DNA from: an uncultured Alphaproteobacteria bacterium
GTDB taxonomy: Bacteria > Pseudomonadota > Alphaproteobacteria > JALCBB01
DNA length: 64,000 nt
Direction: 5' to 3'
Assembly: GCA_958267355.1 (NCBI GenBank)
Contig: OY279575.1
Coordinates: forward strand, 1,758,295-1,822,294
Position numbers and translations under genes: made by a program
The notes under the pieces: generated by a model
Databases searched by the model: none
What the model was told of the DNA's origin: nothing
What the model saw: only the letters and a program-made list of their open reading frames with translations
Shown here: positions 18,181-27,919 of the stretch, piece after piece
Numbering within the stretch: position 1 is the stretch's first letter
How the letters are laid out: every line of letters begins with the position of its first letter

Positions 18181-19134
18181 ATGGCTCGTCCGCGTAAGAC
18201 ACCCCCTAAGGAATATCCGTTGATGCCGCGCGCCACCGCCGTCTGGCTCGTCGAAAATACCGCCCTAACCTTCGGACAAATCTCCGACTTCTGCGGACTC
18301 CATCCGCTCGAAGTACAGGGCATCGCCGACGGCGAAGTCGCCATCGGCGTGCGCGGCGCAGACCCCATCGCCAACCATCAGCTCACACGAGCCGAAATCA
18401 CTCTCGGTGAAGAAGACTCCGCGCACGAACTGCATCTTGCTGAGCGAAGAGTTTCAGCTCCGAACCGTAAAACAATCGGACCGCGCTACACCCCCATATC
18501 AAAACGACAAGACAAACCAGACGCAATCGTTTGGCTACTACGCAATCATCCAGACCTGAAAGACGCACAGATCGCTCGACTCATCGGCACCACAAAAAAT
18601 ACCATCCAAGCCATTCGCGACCGCCGCCATTGGAATAGCGCCAATCTGCGTCCGCGTGACCCCGTGCTGATGGAGCTTTGCACTTCCGAAAACCTGTCGC
18701 ACGAAGCCGAACGCGCCAAACGTGCCCGCGAGCGCGCCGAAAAACGCGCCGCCAAAGAAGCCAAGATTAAAGGTATCGCCACAACTTCCGAAGTCGCGGA
18801 TAAGGCGGCGGGCGATGCTGTGGGTATTTCCGCAGGGGTGGCTACGGAGTCGGCGGCTATAAGTTCAAGTGCGGCTATGGAGTTTTCTCTCGCCACAGCG
18901 GCAGAAGCAGCTTTTACGCCAACAACAACGGCAGAAACTACGCCAACAGGAGAAGATATGTCTGCAAAGACTCCGCAAGCGGAAAGCCCGCAGGAAGAAC
19001 AGAAAAGCCAAGCCCCCGATGACGCTTCTGCCGACTCTTCTGCTAACGCTTCTGCTGACTCTTCTGCTTCTGAAACTACGCCCGAAGATGACTCTCCCTT
19101 CGCCGCCTTGCGGGGGTTTAAGCTAGACTCCTAA
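18181..19134 (+). CDS. DUF1013 family protein (alphaproteobacteria-specific; start at Met15 of ORF 18139..19134, preceded by AGGAG)
   Basis: MARPRKTPPKEYPLMPRATAVWLVENTALTFGQISDFCGLHPLEVQGIADGEVA signature. Acidic/Ser-rich C-terminal tail contains tandem repeats. Confidence 0.65.
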   Translation: MARPRKTPPKEYPLMPRATAVWLVENTALTFGQISDFCGLHPLEVQGIADGEVAIGVRGADPIANHQLTRAEITLGEEDSAHELHLAERRVSAPNRKTIGPRYTPISKRQDKPDAIVWLLRNHPDLKDAQIARLIGTTKNTIQAIRDRRHWNSANLRPRDPVLMELCTSENLSHEAERAKRARERAEKRAAKEAKIKGIATTSEVADKAAGDAVGISAGVATESAAISSSAAMEFSLATAAEAAFTPTTTAETTPTGEDMSAKTPQAESPQEEQKSQAPDDASADSSANASADSSASETTPEDDSPFAALRGFKLDS

Positions 19135-19170
19135 CAAGCCGCGTTGCAACGAACAGGCTTGTCTTGTCTC

Positions 19171-19203
19171 CGCACTAAAAAAGCCCCCACAAATCCGTGG
19201 GGG
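19171..19203. terminator. Bidirectional rho-independent terminator between the DUF1013 gene (+) and rpsU (-)
   Basis: AGCCCCCA-caaatccg-TGGGGGCT hairpin followed by TTTTCTTC, with A-run upstream. Confidence 0.6.
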
Positions 19204-19229
19204 CTTTTCTTCTCACAAGAACAACACAA

Positions 19230-19517
19230 TCAAGACGAAGAAGGCGGTGCCGACGGAGTCGGCCGCACAGTGCGCTTGCGTCGCAAACGGCGAATCCGCC
19301 TGCCCGCTTCTTCACGCTCGCGCTTGCGCCGCTCGGACGGCTTTTCAAAATGCCGCCGTAGCTTCATCTCGCGAAAGACTCCACCACGCTGCATCTTCTT
19401 CTTCAGAACACGAATTGCTTGCTCAACATTGTTATCCCGAACCGATACTTCCACGGCTGTTACCTCTCTTTTGGGGGAATAAAAAACGCGGGTAGCTCCC
19501 GCGCCAATAGCCGCCAT
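19230..19517 (-). CDS. rpsU: 30S ribosomal protein S21 (start assumed at Met57 of the 19230..19685 ORF; could be slightly shorter)
   Basis: [57 protein letters not shown] matches S21. Confidence 0.8.
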   Translation of the reverse strand: MAAIGAGATRVFYSPKREVTAVEVSVRDNNVEQAIRVLKKKMQRGGVFREMKLRRHFEKPSERRKREREEAGRRIRRLRRKRTVRPTPSAPPSSS

Positions 19518-19588
19518 TCTAGCAAGCAAAAGAGCCGATTGCAAAACCAGCACACAAAGCGCAGACTTCAGTACAATCACCGCATAAA

Positions 19589-19652
19589 ACCAGTAGCCAG
19601 TACCCCGTAGCCAGTGTCCGTAGCCAGTACCTAGTGCCCCGTAGCCCGTAGT
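19589..19652. repeat. 9-bp tandem repeat (GTAGCCAGT variants) in the rpsU/COQ9 divergent intergenic region
   Basis: Direct reading. Confidence 0.7.
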
Positions 19653-20306
19653 ATGTCTGACCGCCTGACAAATCGTCTCTATCAAGCCGCACTTCTAGAA
19701 GTGCCCGAACACGGCTGGAGCGATTTTGCCCTCACCACAGCCCGTCGTCGCCTAGCAGAAGCAGGCGAAGACCTGCCACACGGAGCCGAGCGTTTGCTTT
19801 TTGCGAAAGGCGGGCGCGGCTTGCTGGAACGATGGCTCCAAGAACAAGCCGAAATCGCCGCCACGCAACTTATACAATCAAACATAAAAGGCACAACCCG
19901 CCGCGTGGAATTCGGTGTCATCGCCTTTTTACAGTGCCTAGAAGATGCACCTGCGCTTGCCTCCCGCGCCCACGCCCGATTGCTTTTGCCCGATGCGGCT
20001 CCGCTGGCGGCGAAGCTGCTGTGGCACATCGCCGATGCCATCTGGTCAGCCGTGCCTGACCCATCGCTGGATTACAACTGGTACAGTAAGCGGACAATCC
20101 TGTCAGGCGTCTTAGCCCGCACCCTAGCCCGCCACCAACGCGACAACTCGCCCAATAAAACACAAACCCGCCAAGAACTCACCCGCGATCTACAACGCGC
20201 CGTTAAAGTCGGCGGGACTTTGGGTACGGGAGTACAGCAAGCTTTGTCTCTTCCCGAAAAAGCCTTTGCGGTGGCTTGTCGGGTACGGGCGGGGCGAAAC
20301 CCTTAA
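19653..20306 (+). CDS. COQ9-family protein (the 'rpsU-divergently transcribed protein' family)
   Basis: Position divergent from rpsU, and a ~215-aa helical protein. Sequence similarity itself is only weakly recognisable to me. Confidence 0.5.
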   Translation: MSDRLTNRLYQAALLEVPEHGWSDFALTTARRRLAEAGEDLPHGAERLLFAKGGRGLLERWLQEQAEIAATQLIQSNIKGTTRRVEFGVIAFLQCLEDAPALASRAHARLLLPDAAPLAAKLLWHIADAIWSAVPDPSLDYNWYSKRTILSGVLARTLARHQRDNSPNKTQTRQELTRDLQRAVKVGGTLGTGVQQALSLPEKAFAVACRVRAGRNP

Positions 20307-21394
20307 TCATCGGCTCCGGGTAAATAGAGCAAGGCACCGAACCAACGCCAGACTCCGCCGCCCAGAGGAAGAGTGCAGTTCAAGCGTGAGCGGCTGAGTG
20401 GCAAAGGCTCGTTGCGTAAAACTTTAATTGTGCGGTCTGTTTGTTCGGTCGCGATAGTGTTTCCGCCTAGATAACAGGTCAAGCCGCTCAAGCTGCCCGC
20501 CGCTTCGTCAATTGTCATTTCAATCGGCGGCGGCGGATTCTGCTTCAAGAATGGATCGCTCGGCGTGAAGTGGGTGACTCCCATGGGTTGGCTTTTGAGT
20601 GCCAAGTTTAAACGGCTGACGCTGGTGTGGGTTCCTGACATCGCGTAGCGGGTCAGGGCAAAGCGATTGCTTTTTGTCCAGACAGGGCCAGAGTGTTGGG
20701 CAAAAGCCGCCCGAAACCCCGCCGCCCGAATTTCTTGCTCGTACGGCTCGCTGTATTCGCCGTAGGGATAGGTATAGAGACGCGGCACTGCACCCAGCTC
20801 ACGCCGCCATACCTTGTTCGCCTGTTCTAAATCAGAAGCACGGGCGGAGACGGAGTAATTGACTAGGTGTCCGTGGTCGTGGCTGTGGTGGGCTAGGGTG
20901 ACAAGCGGGTCTGCCGCCATCTCGCGGACTTCCTGCCAAGTCATATAGCCGCCCAGCTTTTGTTCTAGCGGCTCGGTGGCGATGGCTAGGGTGAAAGGAA
21001 AACCATACGCACGAAAACGTTTCCACGCCACTTCGTAGGTAGAGCGGTATGCATCATCTATCGTAATCACAACCGCTCGCTCAGGAAGTGTAGCCTTGCC
21101 CTCTAGAGCGTCTATCAAGTCTGCGGCAGGGATAACATTCCAGTTGTTGTCGCGCAGTTCGGCTAAGTGGGCTTCAAAGTCAGCCAGCGGCGTATTGGTT
21201 GAAGGAATATGGTCTTCGCCAAAACGATGATAGACCAACACAGTCGCCAGCTTTTGAATTTCGCTCGCTTGTGCCGCCTGTATGGTGGGCGGTGGGCTTG
21301 GTAGGATTCCTATCGCCACAAGCCCTGCCGAAATCAGCAGAGCGAGCGGCACAAGGGCTAGACCACGCCAGCGGTTTATAGGCGAAGGTTTCAT
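20303..21394 (-). CDS. Polysaccharide deacetylase (NodB-homology) family protein with signal peptide (ORF extends to 21484 through a repeat-encoded N-terminal extension)
   Basis: VLVYHRFGED..ITIDDAYRSTYEVAW..HSHDHGHL motifs. Signal-like MKPSPINRWRGLALVPLALLISAGLVAIG. Confidence 0.65.
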   Translation of the reverse strand: MKPSPINRWRGLALVPLALLISAGLVAIGILPSPPPTIQAAQASEIQKLATVLVYHRFGEDHIPSTNTPLADFEAHLAELRDNNWNVIPAADLIDALEGKATLPERAVVITIDDAYRSTYEVAWKRFRAYGFPFTLAIATEPLEQKLGGYMTWQEVREMAADPLVTLAHHSHDHGHLVNYSVSARASDLEQANKVWRRELGAVPRLYTYPYGEYSEPYEQEIRAAGFRAAFAQHSGPVWTKSNRFALTRYAMSGTHTSVSRLNLALKSQPMGVTHFTPSDPFLKQNPPPPIEMTIDEAAGSLSGLTCYLGGNTIATEQTDRTIKVLRNEPLPLSRSRLNCTLPLGGGVWRWFGALLYLPGADD

Positions 21395-21488
21395 AGTCCT
21401 GTGTTTTATAGGCCTATGTTTTATAGGCCTATGTTTTATAGCCCAGGGTTTTATAGCCCAGCGGTTTATAGGTGAAGGTTTCATAGTC
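21369..21488. repeat. Tandem 16-bp repeats (TGTTTTATAGGCCTA-like) bounded by a ~30-bp direct duplication (CAGCGGTTTATAGGYGAAGGTTTCATAGTC at both ends)
   Basis: Direct reading. Translates in frame as KHRPIKHRPIKHR at the deacetylase N-terminus. Confidence 0.7.
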
Positions 21489-21555
21489 TAAATATACCAC
21501 TCAAATTGAGAGAGGAAAATTAAGCAGTGAAATTAAAAGGCGGAAATTAACAGGG

Positions 21556-21728
21556 AGAAAATTGGCAGGGCAAAAAACTGATAGGGTAAAAAACTGATAG
21601 GGCAAAAAAACTGATAGGGCGAAAAACTGACAGGGTAAAAAATTGATAGGGCAAAAATTGACAGGGCAAAAATTGACAGGGTAAAAAACTGATAGGGCAA
21701 AAATTGACAGGATGAAAATTGACAGGGC
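21556..21728. repeat. Intergenic minisatellite, ~16-17-bp unit (CTGATAGGGYAAAAAA / TTGACAGGGCAAAAA) x ~11
   Basis: Direct reading. No spacer-like unique segments. Confidence 0.85.
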
Positions 21729-21798
21729 AGGCGGAATGGATTAAACTCTCCACATAAACAATACGCCGCGCAAAATCAACCCGAACACAGGAAGGCGT

Positions 21799-22458
21799 AT
21801 GATGGACTCTGCTTCCAAGCCAGCAACTTCTAAGCCAGCAACTTCTAAGCCAGAAACGCACAAGCCAGCGGCTCTTAATCAAGAGGGCTTAAATCTGCTC
21901 TTCCACGCAGGGCGGACTTTCAAAAAGTGGCAAAGCAAACCTGTGCCACAAAGTCTGCTGGAACAGGTGTGGGAACACGCGGCTTTGCCTCCGACAAGTT
22001 TTAATAGCGCGCCGATGCGGGTGGTCTTTGTTGTTTCAGACCAAGCCAAGGCAAGGCTGATTCCGCACTTGATGGAAGGCAATGTGCCACAGGTGCAAGC
22101 CGCTCCTGTGACCGCAATCATCGCCCACGACAACGAGTTTCATCAGCAGTTCAGCAAGCTGTCGCCGCATTATGATCCGTCAGGGTTTTTCGCGGGCGAT
22201 GAGAAAACAGAATTCCGCCACCAAACCGCTTTCCGCAATGGCACACTGCAAGGCGGGTATTTTATTCTCGCCGCTCGTGCCTTCGGGCTAGATTGCGGGC
22301 CCATGTCAGGCTTTAACAATCAAGGCGTAGATCAAGAATTCTTTGCTGGTACTTCGTATGCTTCTAACTTTCTGTGCAACCTTGGCTACGGCGATGATGC
22401 AGGATTGCATCCACGCGCTCCACGCCTGACCTTCGCTGAAGGTGCGTCTGTGGTGTGA
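21799..22458 (+). CDS. Nitroreductase-family protein (RutE/YdjA-like NAD(P)H oxidoreductase)
   Basis: RTFKKWQSKPVPQSLLEQVWE..PTSFNSAPMRVVFV..GGYFILAARAFGLDCGPMSGF motifs. N-terminus carries an in-frame KPATSKPATSKPETHKPA repeat. Confidence 0.65.
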   Translation: MMDSASKPATSKPATSKPETHKPAALNQEGLNLLFHAGRTFKKWQSKPVPQSLLEQVWEHAALPPTSFNSAPMRVVFVVSDQAKARLIPHLMEGNVPQVQAAPVTAIIAHDNEFHQQFSKLSPHYDPSGFFAGDEKTEFRHQTAFRNGTLQGGYFILAARAFGLDCGPMSGFNNQGVDQEFFAGTSYASNFLCNLGYGDDAGLHPRAPRLTFAEGASVV

Positions 22459-22618
22459 AGCCACGATGTAAAGCTAGAGTGTAAAGCTAGGGTGTGAAGC
22501 CACGATGTAAAGCTAGGGTGTAAAGCTAGAGTGTAAAGCCACGGTGTTAAGCTAGGGTGTAAAGCTAGAGTGTTAAGCCACGATGTGAATCTAGAGTGTT
22601 AAGCTAGGGTGTGAAACC
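22453..22618. repeat. Tandem ~11-12-bp repeats (GGGTGTAAAGCTAGA / GTGTGAAGCCACGAT) starting at the nitroreductase stop codon
   Basis: Direct reading. Confidence 0.8.
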
Positions 22619-22697
22619 AAGGCGCACAGACAAAAGCCCCATCAAGTAAAACCCCATCAACTAAAGTTCAATCAAGCAAAGCTGAATTATTCGCCCC

Positions 22698-23567
22698 GTG
22701 CTTCCCATACTTGCCCTAGATAGCGCAGGGCAAACCTGTTCTGTCGCTCTTGCCTATCAAGACTCAGCGGGAGCTGAAAAACAGGCAGAACGACAGCTCG
22801 GCTCCACGCGCAACTTTGAAACCCAACTGGTGCCACTAGTACAGGAAGTTTGCACCGCAGCCAAGTTGCAGCCACAAGACTTGTCAGCGGTGGTTATTAC
22901 GCTCGGACCAGGAAGCTACACAGGTCAGCGTTTGGCTCTTTGTTTTGCCTCAGGCTTGCGTGTCGCTCTTGGCATACGCAGTTTGGGTTTTACCAGTACG
23001 CTACTTGCCGCTCGCACTGCCCAGCGTTTGCTCGTAGAACGCGGAGTCAAGCACGGGCAGATCGCTGTGCTTTTGGACTCACGGCGGGCAGAACCCTTCG
23101 CCCAGTGCTTTTACTTTCAAAAGATGGAGCAAGATACGAAGCAAGGTACGGGTCAAGGGATGAAGCAAAATACGGAGCAGGGTACGGAGCAAGATACGAA
23201 GCAAGGTACGGAGCAAAATACGAAGGGGTTAGAGGCAACGGGAGAAATCGTATCGCTGGCACAAGAAGATCTTGCCGCTTGGTTGCAAGAAGCTGAATCA
23301 ACTGCTGCACAAACCACAACAGGCGAGTCGCTTTTCGTTTGTGGTGATGCCTTAAGCGATGACAAGCTTGCGGCTCTGGTGGCTCAAGCTGTGCCTAAGG
23401 CAGAGATTTTGTCCGCCATTGGACGGGGCAGGGTGGCGGAGCTGGTGGAGCTAGCCCGCGAGGCTATGGGTCAGGCCACAGACGAGCCTGACAAGCCGCT
23501 CCAAGCCGCCTATGTGCGGGAGCCAGATATTTCAGCTCCACGCCGTTCGTTTCTGGAAGGCGTATAA
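22698..23567 (+). CDS. tsaB: tRNA threonylcarbamoyladenosine biosynthesis protein TsaB (YeaZ), GTG start, with ~30-aa repeat insert
   Basis: LALDSAGQTCSVALA..GPGSYTGQRLALCFASGLRVALGI. In-frame 12-bp repeats (QDTKQGTGQGMKQNTEQGTEQDTKQGTEQNTKG) at ~23132-23226. Confidence 0.75.
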   Translation: MLPILALDSAGQTCSVALAYQDSAGAEKQAERQLGSTRNFETQLVPLVQEVCTAAKLQPQDLSAVVITLGPGSYTGQRLALCFASGLRVALGIRSLGFTSTLLAARTAQRLLVERGVKHGQIAVLLDSRRAEPFAQCFYFQKMEQDTKQGTGQGMKQNTEQGTEQDTKQGTEQNTKGLEATGEIVSLAQEDLAAWLQEAESTAAQTTTGESLFVCGDALSDDKLAALVAQAVPKAEILSAIGRGRVAELVELAREAMGQATDEPDKPLQAAYVREPDISAPRRSFLEGV

Positions 23568-23619
23568 TGCCAGCGTGGGCGGAGGCTTGAAATATAAACG
23601 CGGCTCGGTAGGCGTTGAG

Positions 23620-24282
23620 ATGGAACAATTTCTCAGCAACTGCCGAAAACGCGGACTGCGGATTACTCCGCAACGAAGACAGGTAATTGAAACCTTGCTA
23701 GAAGCACAGGATCATCCCGATGCGGCAACTCTGCATCAGCGAGTCCGCCGCCGCAACCCTACGATTTCAGCCGCCACTGTCTATCGCACACTTAATCTTT
23801 TAGAAGAAGGAGGAATTTTAATCCGCCACGATTTTCAAACCAGTATGCAAAGAAACGCGCAGAGAAATATACAGAATAATATTGAGGGAAATATACAGAA
23901 AAATGTAAAAGGAAATGTAAAAGGAAATGTACAGAAAAGTGTACAGGGAAATGTACAGAAAAGCGTACAAGGAAATGTAAAAAGAAATATGCAAGGAAGT
24001 TCTTCCGCCCGCTACGAGTTAGCAGGCGAGCACCACGACCATTTGATTGACCTGCAAAATGACTCCGTGGTGGAGTTTTATGACGAAGAGCTAGAAGAAC
24101 TGCAAGTCCGTATCGCCGCCCGACTCGGATATCAGCTCGTCAATCACCAGATGATCCTGTACGGCATTCCGAAAAAAACCAGTAAAGCTAGTGCGCCAAG
24201 TCCAAGCCGCAAAACAGCTTCGCCAAAACCAGCAAAACCACAACCAGCAAAACCACGTAAGGGAAAAACAAGCCAAAGCTAG
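23620..24282 (+). CDS. fur: Fur-family transcriptional regulator (start at Met37 of ORF 23512..24282) with in-frame 12-bp repeat insert
   Basis: RGLRITPQRRQVIETLLEAQDHPDAATLHQRV..ISAATVYRTLNLLEEGGIL ... HHDHLIDLQNDSVVEF. The insert NIQNNIEGNIQKNVKGNVKGNVQKSVQGNVQKSVQGNVKRN sits between the DNA-binding and dimerisation domains. Confidence 0.75.
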   Translation: MEQFLSNCRKRGLRITPQRRQVIETLLEAQDHPDAATLHQRVRRRNPTISAATVYRTLNLLEEGGILIRHDFQTSMQRNAQRNIQNNIEGNIQKNVKGNVKGNVQKSVQGNVQKSVQGNVKRNMQGSSSARYELAGEHHDHLIDLQNDSVVEFYDEELEELQVRIAARLGYQLVNHQMILYGIPKKTSKASAPSPSRKTASPKPAKPQPAKPRKGKTSQS

Positions 24283-24335
24283 GAATTGCCGCTCCGCATA
24301 GCCCGTGGTATAAACGCATTACTCGCATACGCACT

Positions 24336-25835
24336 TTGACCTTGATCCGCACCTTTCACATTCGCACCTACGGGTGCCAGATGAACGAATACGACTCCGC
24401 GCGTATTGCTGACCTGCTGGTTGCGCGTGGAGCCGAGCCTGTGCCCACGCCCGACTCCGCCGACTTGGTGGTGCTGAATACTTGCCATATCCGCGAGAAG
24501 GCAGCGGAAAAAGTCTATTCAGAACTCGGTAGACTGGCACTTCTGCGTAAAGGAAATTCACGCCGCCCCTTGCTCGCAGTCGCAGGCTGTGTCGCCCAAG
24601 GCGAAGGCGAAGAAATCTTACGCCGCGCCCCGCAGGTAGATTTCGTAATTGGTCCGCAATCATTTCATCGCTTCAACGAACTGCTAGACGCAGAACTTGC
24701 AGACTCCACAGAAGCTAGCGAAGCCACAGAAGCTAGCGGAGCCACAGAAGTTACAGAAGCCACGCCAAGCACAAAAAACAAAAAACGCCGCAAAGAAACC
24801 CGCCCACGGCGTATGGCACTAGATTTTCCGCTTGAAAGTAAGTTTGATTTTCTCCCCGAAGAACATTTGCCCCGTGGCGTGTCTGCCTATCTTGCAGTCC
24901 AAGAAGGCTGCGATCGGCTGTGCAGCTTTTGTGTTGTCCCCTATACACGCGGGCCTGAGTTTTCACGGACTCCCGAAGAAGTCTTGGCTGAAGCAGACAG
25001 ATTGTTCGCCCAAGGGGTGCGCGAGCTAACGCTCTTAGGGCAGAATGTTAATGCCTACCAAGCCCAAGACGCACAAGGGCAGGAGTGGGATTTAGCACAG
25101 CTTTTAACAGCACTCCACGAGCGGGCTGACTGCTTGCGGCTGCGCTATACCACTTCGCATCCCTTGGCTTTGTCGGATTCCTTAATTGCCGCCCATAGAG
25201 ATTTGCCGAAGTTGGCTCCGTATCTGCACCTGCCCGTGCAGTCAGGAAGTGATAAAATTCTACACGCGATGAATCGCCGCCACACAATCGCCTACTACCA
25301 CGAACGAGTCGCAAGCCTGCGAGCCGCTCGCCCCGATATCGCCCTGTCTTCCGATTTCATCGTCGGCTTCCCTGGCGAGAGCGAACAGGACTTCGCCGCC
25401 ACCCTAGCCCTAGTCAATGATATTGGTTTCGCCCAAGCCTATGCGTTTAAGTATAGTCCGCGCCCTGGCACGCCCGCCGCAGAAATGGATGACCAAGTCC
25501 CCGAAGCCGTCAAGGAAGAGCGTTTGGCAGGATTGCTTCAACTCCTTGCCGCCCAGCAAGCCGCGTTCAATCACAAAAGCCAAGGAATGATCCAAGAAGT
25601 TCTGCTCGTAGAACGCGGCAAACACAAAGGGCAATGTAAGGGGCGAAGCCCGTGGATGCAGTCGGTGGTAGCGCAGATACCCGAAGAATGCTTGGGGCAG
25701 ATGGTGTCGCTGAAGATTGTGCGGTCAGCTCCGCGTAGTTTGGTCGGTGAGCCAGTTGCAGAGTCTAGGGCAGTAGGGGGTGCAGTAGATGGCGCAAGAA
25801 ATGGTGCAAGTAATGTGGGGGTAGCTTCACTGTGA
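24336..25835 (+). CDS. miaB: tRNA-2-methylthio-N6-dimethylallyladenosine synthase MiaB (with in-frame repeat insert)
   Basis: FHIRTYGCQMNEYDSARIADLL..VLNTCHIREKAAEKV..radical-SAM CxxxCxxC (CDRLCSFC). 15-bp repeats encode STEASEATEASGATEVTEAT. Confidence 0.9.
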   Translation: MTLIRTFHIRTYGCQMNEYDSARIADLLVARGAEPVPTPDSADLVVLNTCHIREKAAEKVYSELGRLALLRKGNSRRPLLAVAGCVAQGEGEEILRRAPQVDFVIGPQSFHRFNELLDAELADSTEASEATEASGATEVTEATPSTKNKKRRKETRPRRMALDFPLESKFDFLPEEHLPRGVSAYLAVQEGCDRLCSFCVVPYTRGPEFSRTPEEVLAEADRLFAQGVRELTLLGQNVNAYQAQDAQGQEWDLAQLLTALHERADCLRLRYTTSHPLALSDSLIAAHRDLPKLAPYLHLPVQSGSDKILHAMNRRHTIAYYHERVASLRAARPDIALSSDFIVGFPGESEQDFAATLALVNDIGFAQAYAFKYSPRPGTPAAEMDDQVPEAVKEERLAGLLQLLAAQQAAFNHKSQGMIQEVLLVERGKHKGQCKGRSPWMQSVVAQIPEECLGQMVSLKIVRSAPRSLVGEPVAESRAVGGAVDGARNGASNVGVASL

Positions 25836-27073
25836 ATTCAGGAGTGAATTCAGGAGCGAATGCAGGAGTGAGTGCAGGAGCGAGCGCAAGCGCAGGCGCA
25901 GAAGTGAGCGCAGAAGTGCGCCAAACCACTTTCAACTTACGCTTCGCCGACAATCAAGCCGCCGCTTTGCTTTTTGGTCCGCACGGAGACCACTTAACAC
26001 TCCTAGAACGATTGCTAGATGTGCGGATTGTCACCCGCGGCTCTGCACTCGCCGTTTCAGGCAAAGCCACACAAGCACATACCGCCCGCTCCATTTTGGA
26101 TGGCTTATACAAAAAGGCAGCAAATGGCTCTGCACTCAACGCCGATGACATTCGCGCCGCCGCCGCCTTCGCCACAGAAAACATTTCCGCCGCTAAAAGC
26201 ACAGAGACTAAAAGTACAGAAAGTGAAAACACAGAAAGCGAAAGCACAGAAAGCGTGTCCGTGGCAGGGGCAAGTAGTGAGCCAAGCACAGGGGCAGATA
26301 CAGGGGCAGGGGTAAGCACGGGGGTAGGCACAGGGGCAGGGGTAAGCACAGGGGCAAGTACAAGCACAGAGATAAGCACAGAGATAAGCACAGGGGCAGG
26401 CAGACGCGCCTTGCCTTCCTTCGCCACACCCCGCCGCACAATCGCTCCGCGCACCCCAGGACAAGCCAAAGCCATGGAAGCCCTGCTCGCCCATTCAGTT
26501 GTCTTTCTGTCAGGTCCCGCAGGCACAGGCAAAACCTACCTAGCCGTCGCCGCCGCACTCGCCGCCCTAGCAGACGGAATCGTTGAACGAATTGTGCTCT
26601 GTCGTCCCGCCGTAGAAGCAGGCGAGCGACTCGGCTTTCTGCCAGGGGATCTGCGCGAGAAAGTAGACCCGTATTTGCGTCCGCTCTATGACGCACTGGG
26701 GGATATGACAGACGGACAAACACTTCGCCGCCGCTTGGAGCAAGGCACGATTGAAGTGGCTCCGCTCGCCTTTCTGCGCGGACGCAACTTAGCCCGCGCC
26801 TTTATCATCCTAGACGAAGCCCAAAACACCACGCCCGTGCAAATGAAAATGTTCCTAACCCGACTCGGCGACGCAAGCCGCTTAGTCGCCACAGGCGATC
26901 CATCGCAGGTAGACCTGCCCGCCGACCAAGAGTCAGGCTTCGCCGACGCTTGGCAACGTTTCGCCCACGCCCGCTGGCTCGGTGCCATAGCCCTACACGA
27001 AGAAGATGCAGTACGGAATCCGCTCATCGCAGAAATCTTGCGCGGCTATCGCCGCAACAAACAAGAAACATAA
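25832..27073 (+). CDS. ybeZ: PhoH-family protein (YbeZ) with two repeat inserts in the N-terminal region
   Basis: LSGPAGTGKTYLAVAAA..LCRPAVEAGERLGFLPGDL..ILDEAQNTTPVQMKMFLTRLG. Ser/Thr/Gly repeat blocks at ~25840-25920 and ~26200-26400. Confidence 0.85.
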   Translation: MNSGVNSGANAGVSAGASASAGAEVSAEVRQTTFNLRFADNQAAALLFGPHGDHLTLLERLLDVRIVTRGSALAVSGKATQAHTARSILDGLYKKAANGSALNADDIRAAAAFATENISAAKSTETKSTESENTESESTESVSVAGASSEPSTGADTGAGVSTGVGTGAGVSTGASTSTEISTEISTGAGRRALPSFATPRRTIAPRTPGQAKAMEALLAHSVVFLSGPAGTGKTYLAVAAALAALADGIVERIVLCRPAVEAGERLGFLPGDLREKVDPYLRPLYDALGDMTDGQTLRRRLEQGTIEVAPLAFLRGRNLARAFIILDEAQNTTPVQMKMFLTRLGDASRLVATGDPSQVDLPADQESGFADAWQRFAHARWLGAIALHEEDAVRNPLIAEILRGYRRNKQET

Positions 27074-27869
27074 CCCGAAGAGTCACAATCAGCAGGAGTC
27101 GCAGTCAAAAGTGAAAGTGCAAACCGAAATACGCATTTCTGCTCCTTCGTGGTATCGCTTGGGAAAGGATTTGCATCCGCTGATCCAGCGTTCCGTAGAA
27201 GCCGCTGTCGCGGTTGTGCCTGACTCCGTGCAACGCCACGGCACACGGCAAGGGCAAGGGCAAGTTCAAGGGCAAGGGCAAGGAAAAGTTCAAGGACAAG
27301 TTCGCGGACAAGGACAAGGGAAAGTTCAAGGGCAAGTTCGCGGGCAAGGGCAAGGGCAAGGGCAAGTTCGCGGACAAGGGCAGGAGATGCAGATCGTGTC
27401 GGTCGCAGTCTTGTTAGCAGGTAAGCAAAAACTCCGCGCGTTGAATCGCACTTTTTGCAATCAAGACAAAACCACAGATGTCTTAGCCTTTCCCGCCGAT
27501 CCCGCAGTCGCCGCCTTCGCCCACAAAGAACAAACCCTGCCGCTCGGCGATCTAGCAATCGGCTGGGAACCATGCCTAGCATCAGCAACAGCGTTCGCCG
27601 CCACGCCACGCCAACAACTACAGCATCTAATCATTCACGGCACTTTGCATCTGCTCGGACTCAACCACAAAACCGATTCGCAAACCCGTAGAATGCGTAG
27701 CCTAGAGTCAGCCGCGTTGCAGTCTTTGGCTGTCCCTGACCCGTGGCGGGGGCTAGATACGGCACGGGGTACGGCACAGGGTAAGGCACGGGGTAAGGCA
27801 CAGGGCAAGCCACGGGCAAGGACAAGGCGCAAAAAAGCAAATCTACCGCCCGCCCAATCTGCCGCCTAA
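27006..27869 (+). CDS. ybeY: rRNA maturation endoribonuclease YbeY (real start probably ~27100) with Q/G-rich repeat inserted inside the domain and a repeat-encoded C-terminal tail
   Basis: ..TDVLAFPAD.. and H..IHGTLHLLGLNH zinc motif. Repeat QGQGQVQGQGQGKVQGQVRGQ.. (~27250-27385) lies between the first and second conserved segments. Second repeat at ~27763-27830. Confidence 0.8.
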   Translation: MQYGIRSSQKSCAAIAATNKKHNPKSHNQQESQSKVKVQTEIRISAPSWYRLGKDLHPLIQRSVEAAVAVVPDSVQRHGTRQGQGQVQGQGQGKVQGQVRGQGQGKVQGQVRGQGQGQGQVRGQGQEMQIVSVAVLLAGKQKLRALNRTFCNQDKTTDVLAFPADPAVAAFAHKEQTLPLGDLAIGWEPCLASATAFAATPRQQLQHLIIHGTLHLLGLNHKTDSQTRRMRSLESAALQSLAVPDPWRGLDTARGTAQGKARGKAQGKPRARTRRKKANLPPAQSAA

Positions 27870-27919
27870 AAATCCGCTTCGTGCTACACTAACCACACTT
27901 CGCTTGAGGAACCAATAGT

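Noticed and set aside
21556-21728. Possible CRISPR-like array of 16-17-bp repeats
   Set aside because: No spacers, and the units are too short and contiguous.
23512-23619. Longer Fur ORF starting at 23512 (overlapping tsaB)
   Set aside because: The N-terminal 36 residues overlap the tsaB 3' end and lack similarity to Fur. The Met at 23620 begins the recognisable Fur sequence.
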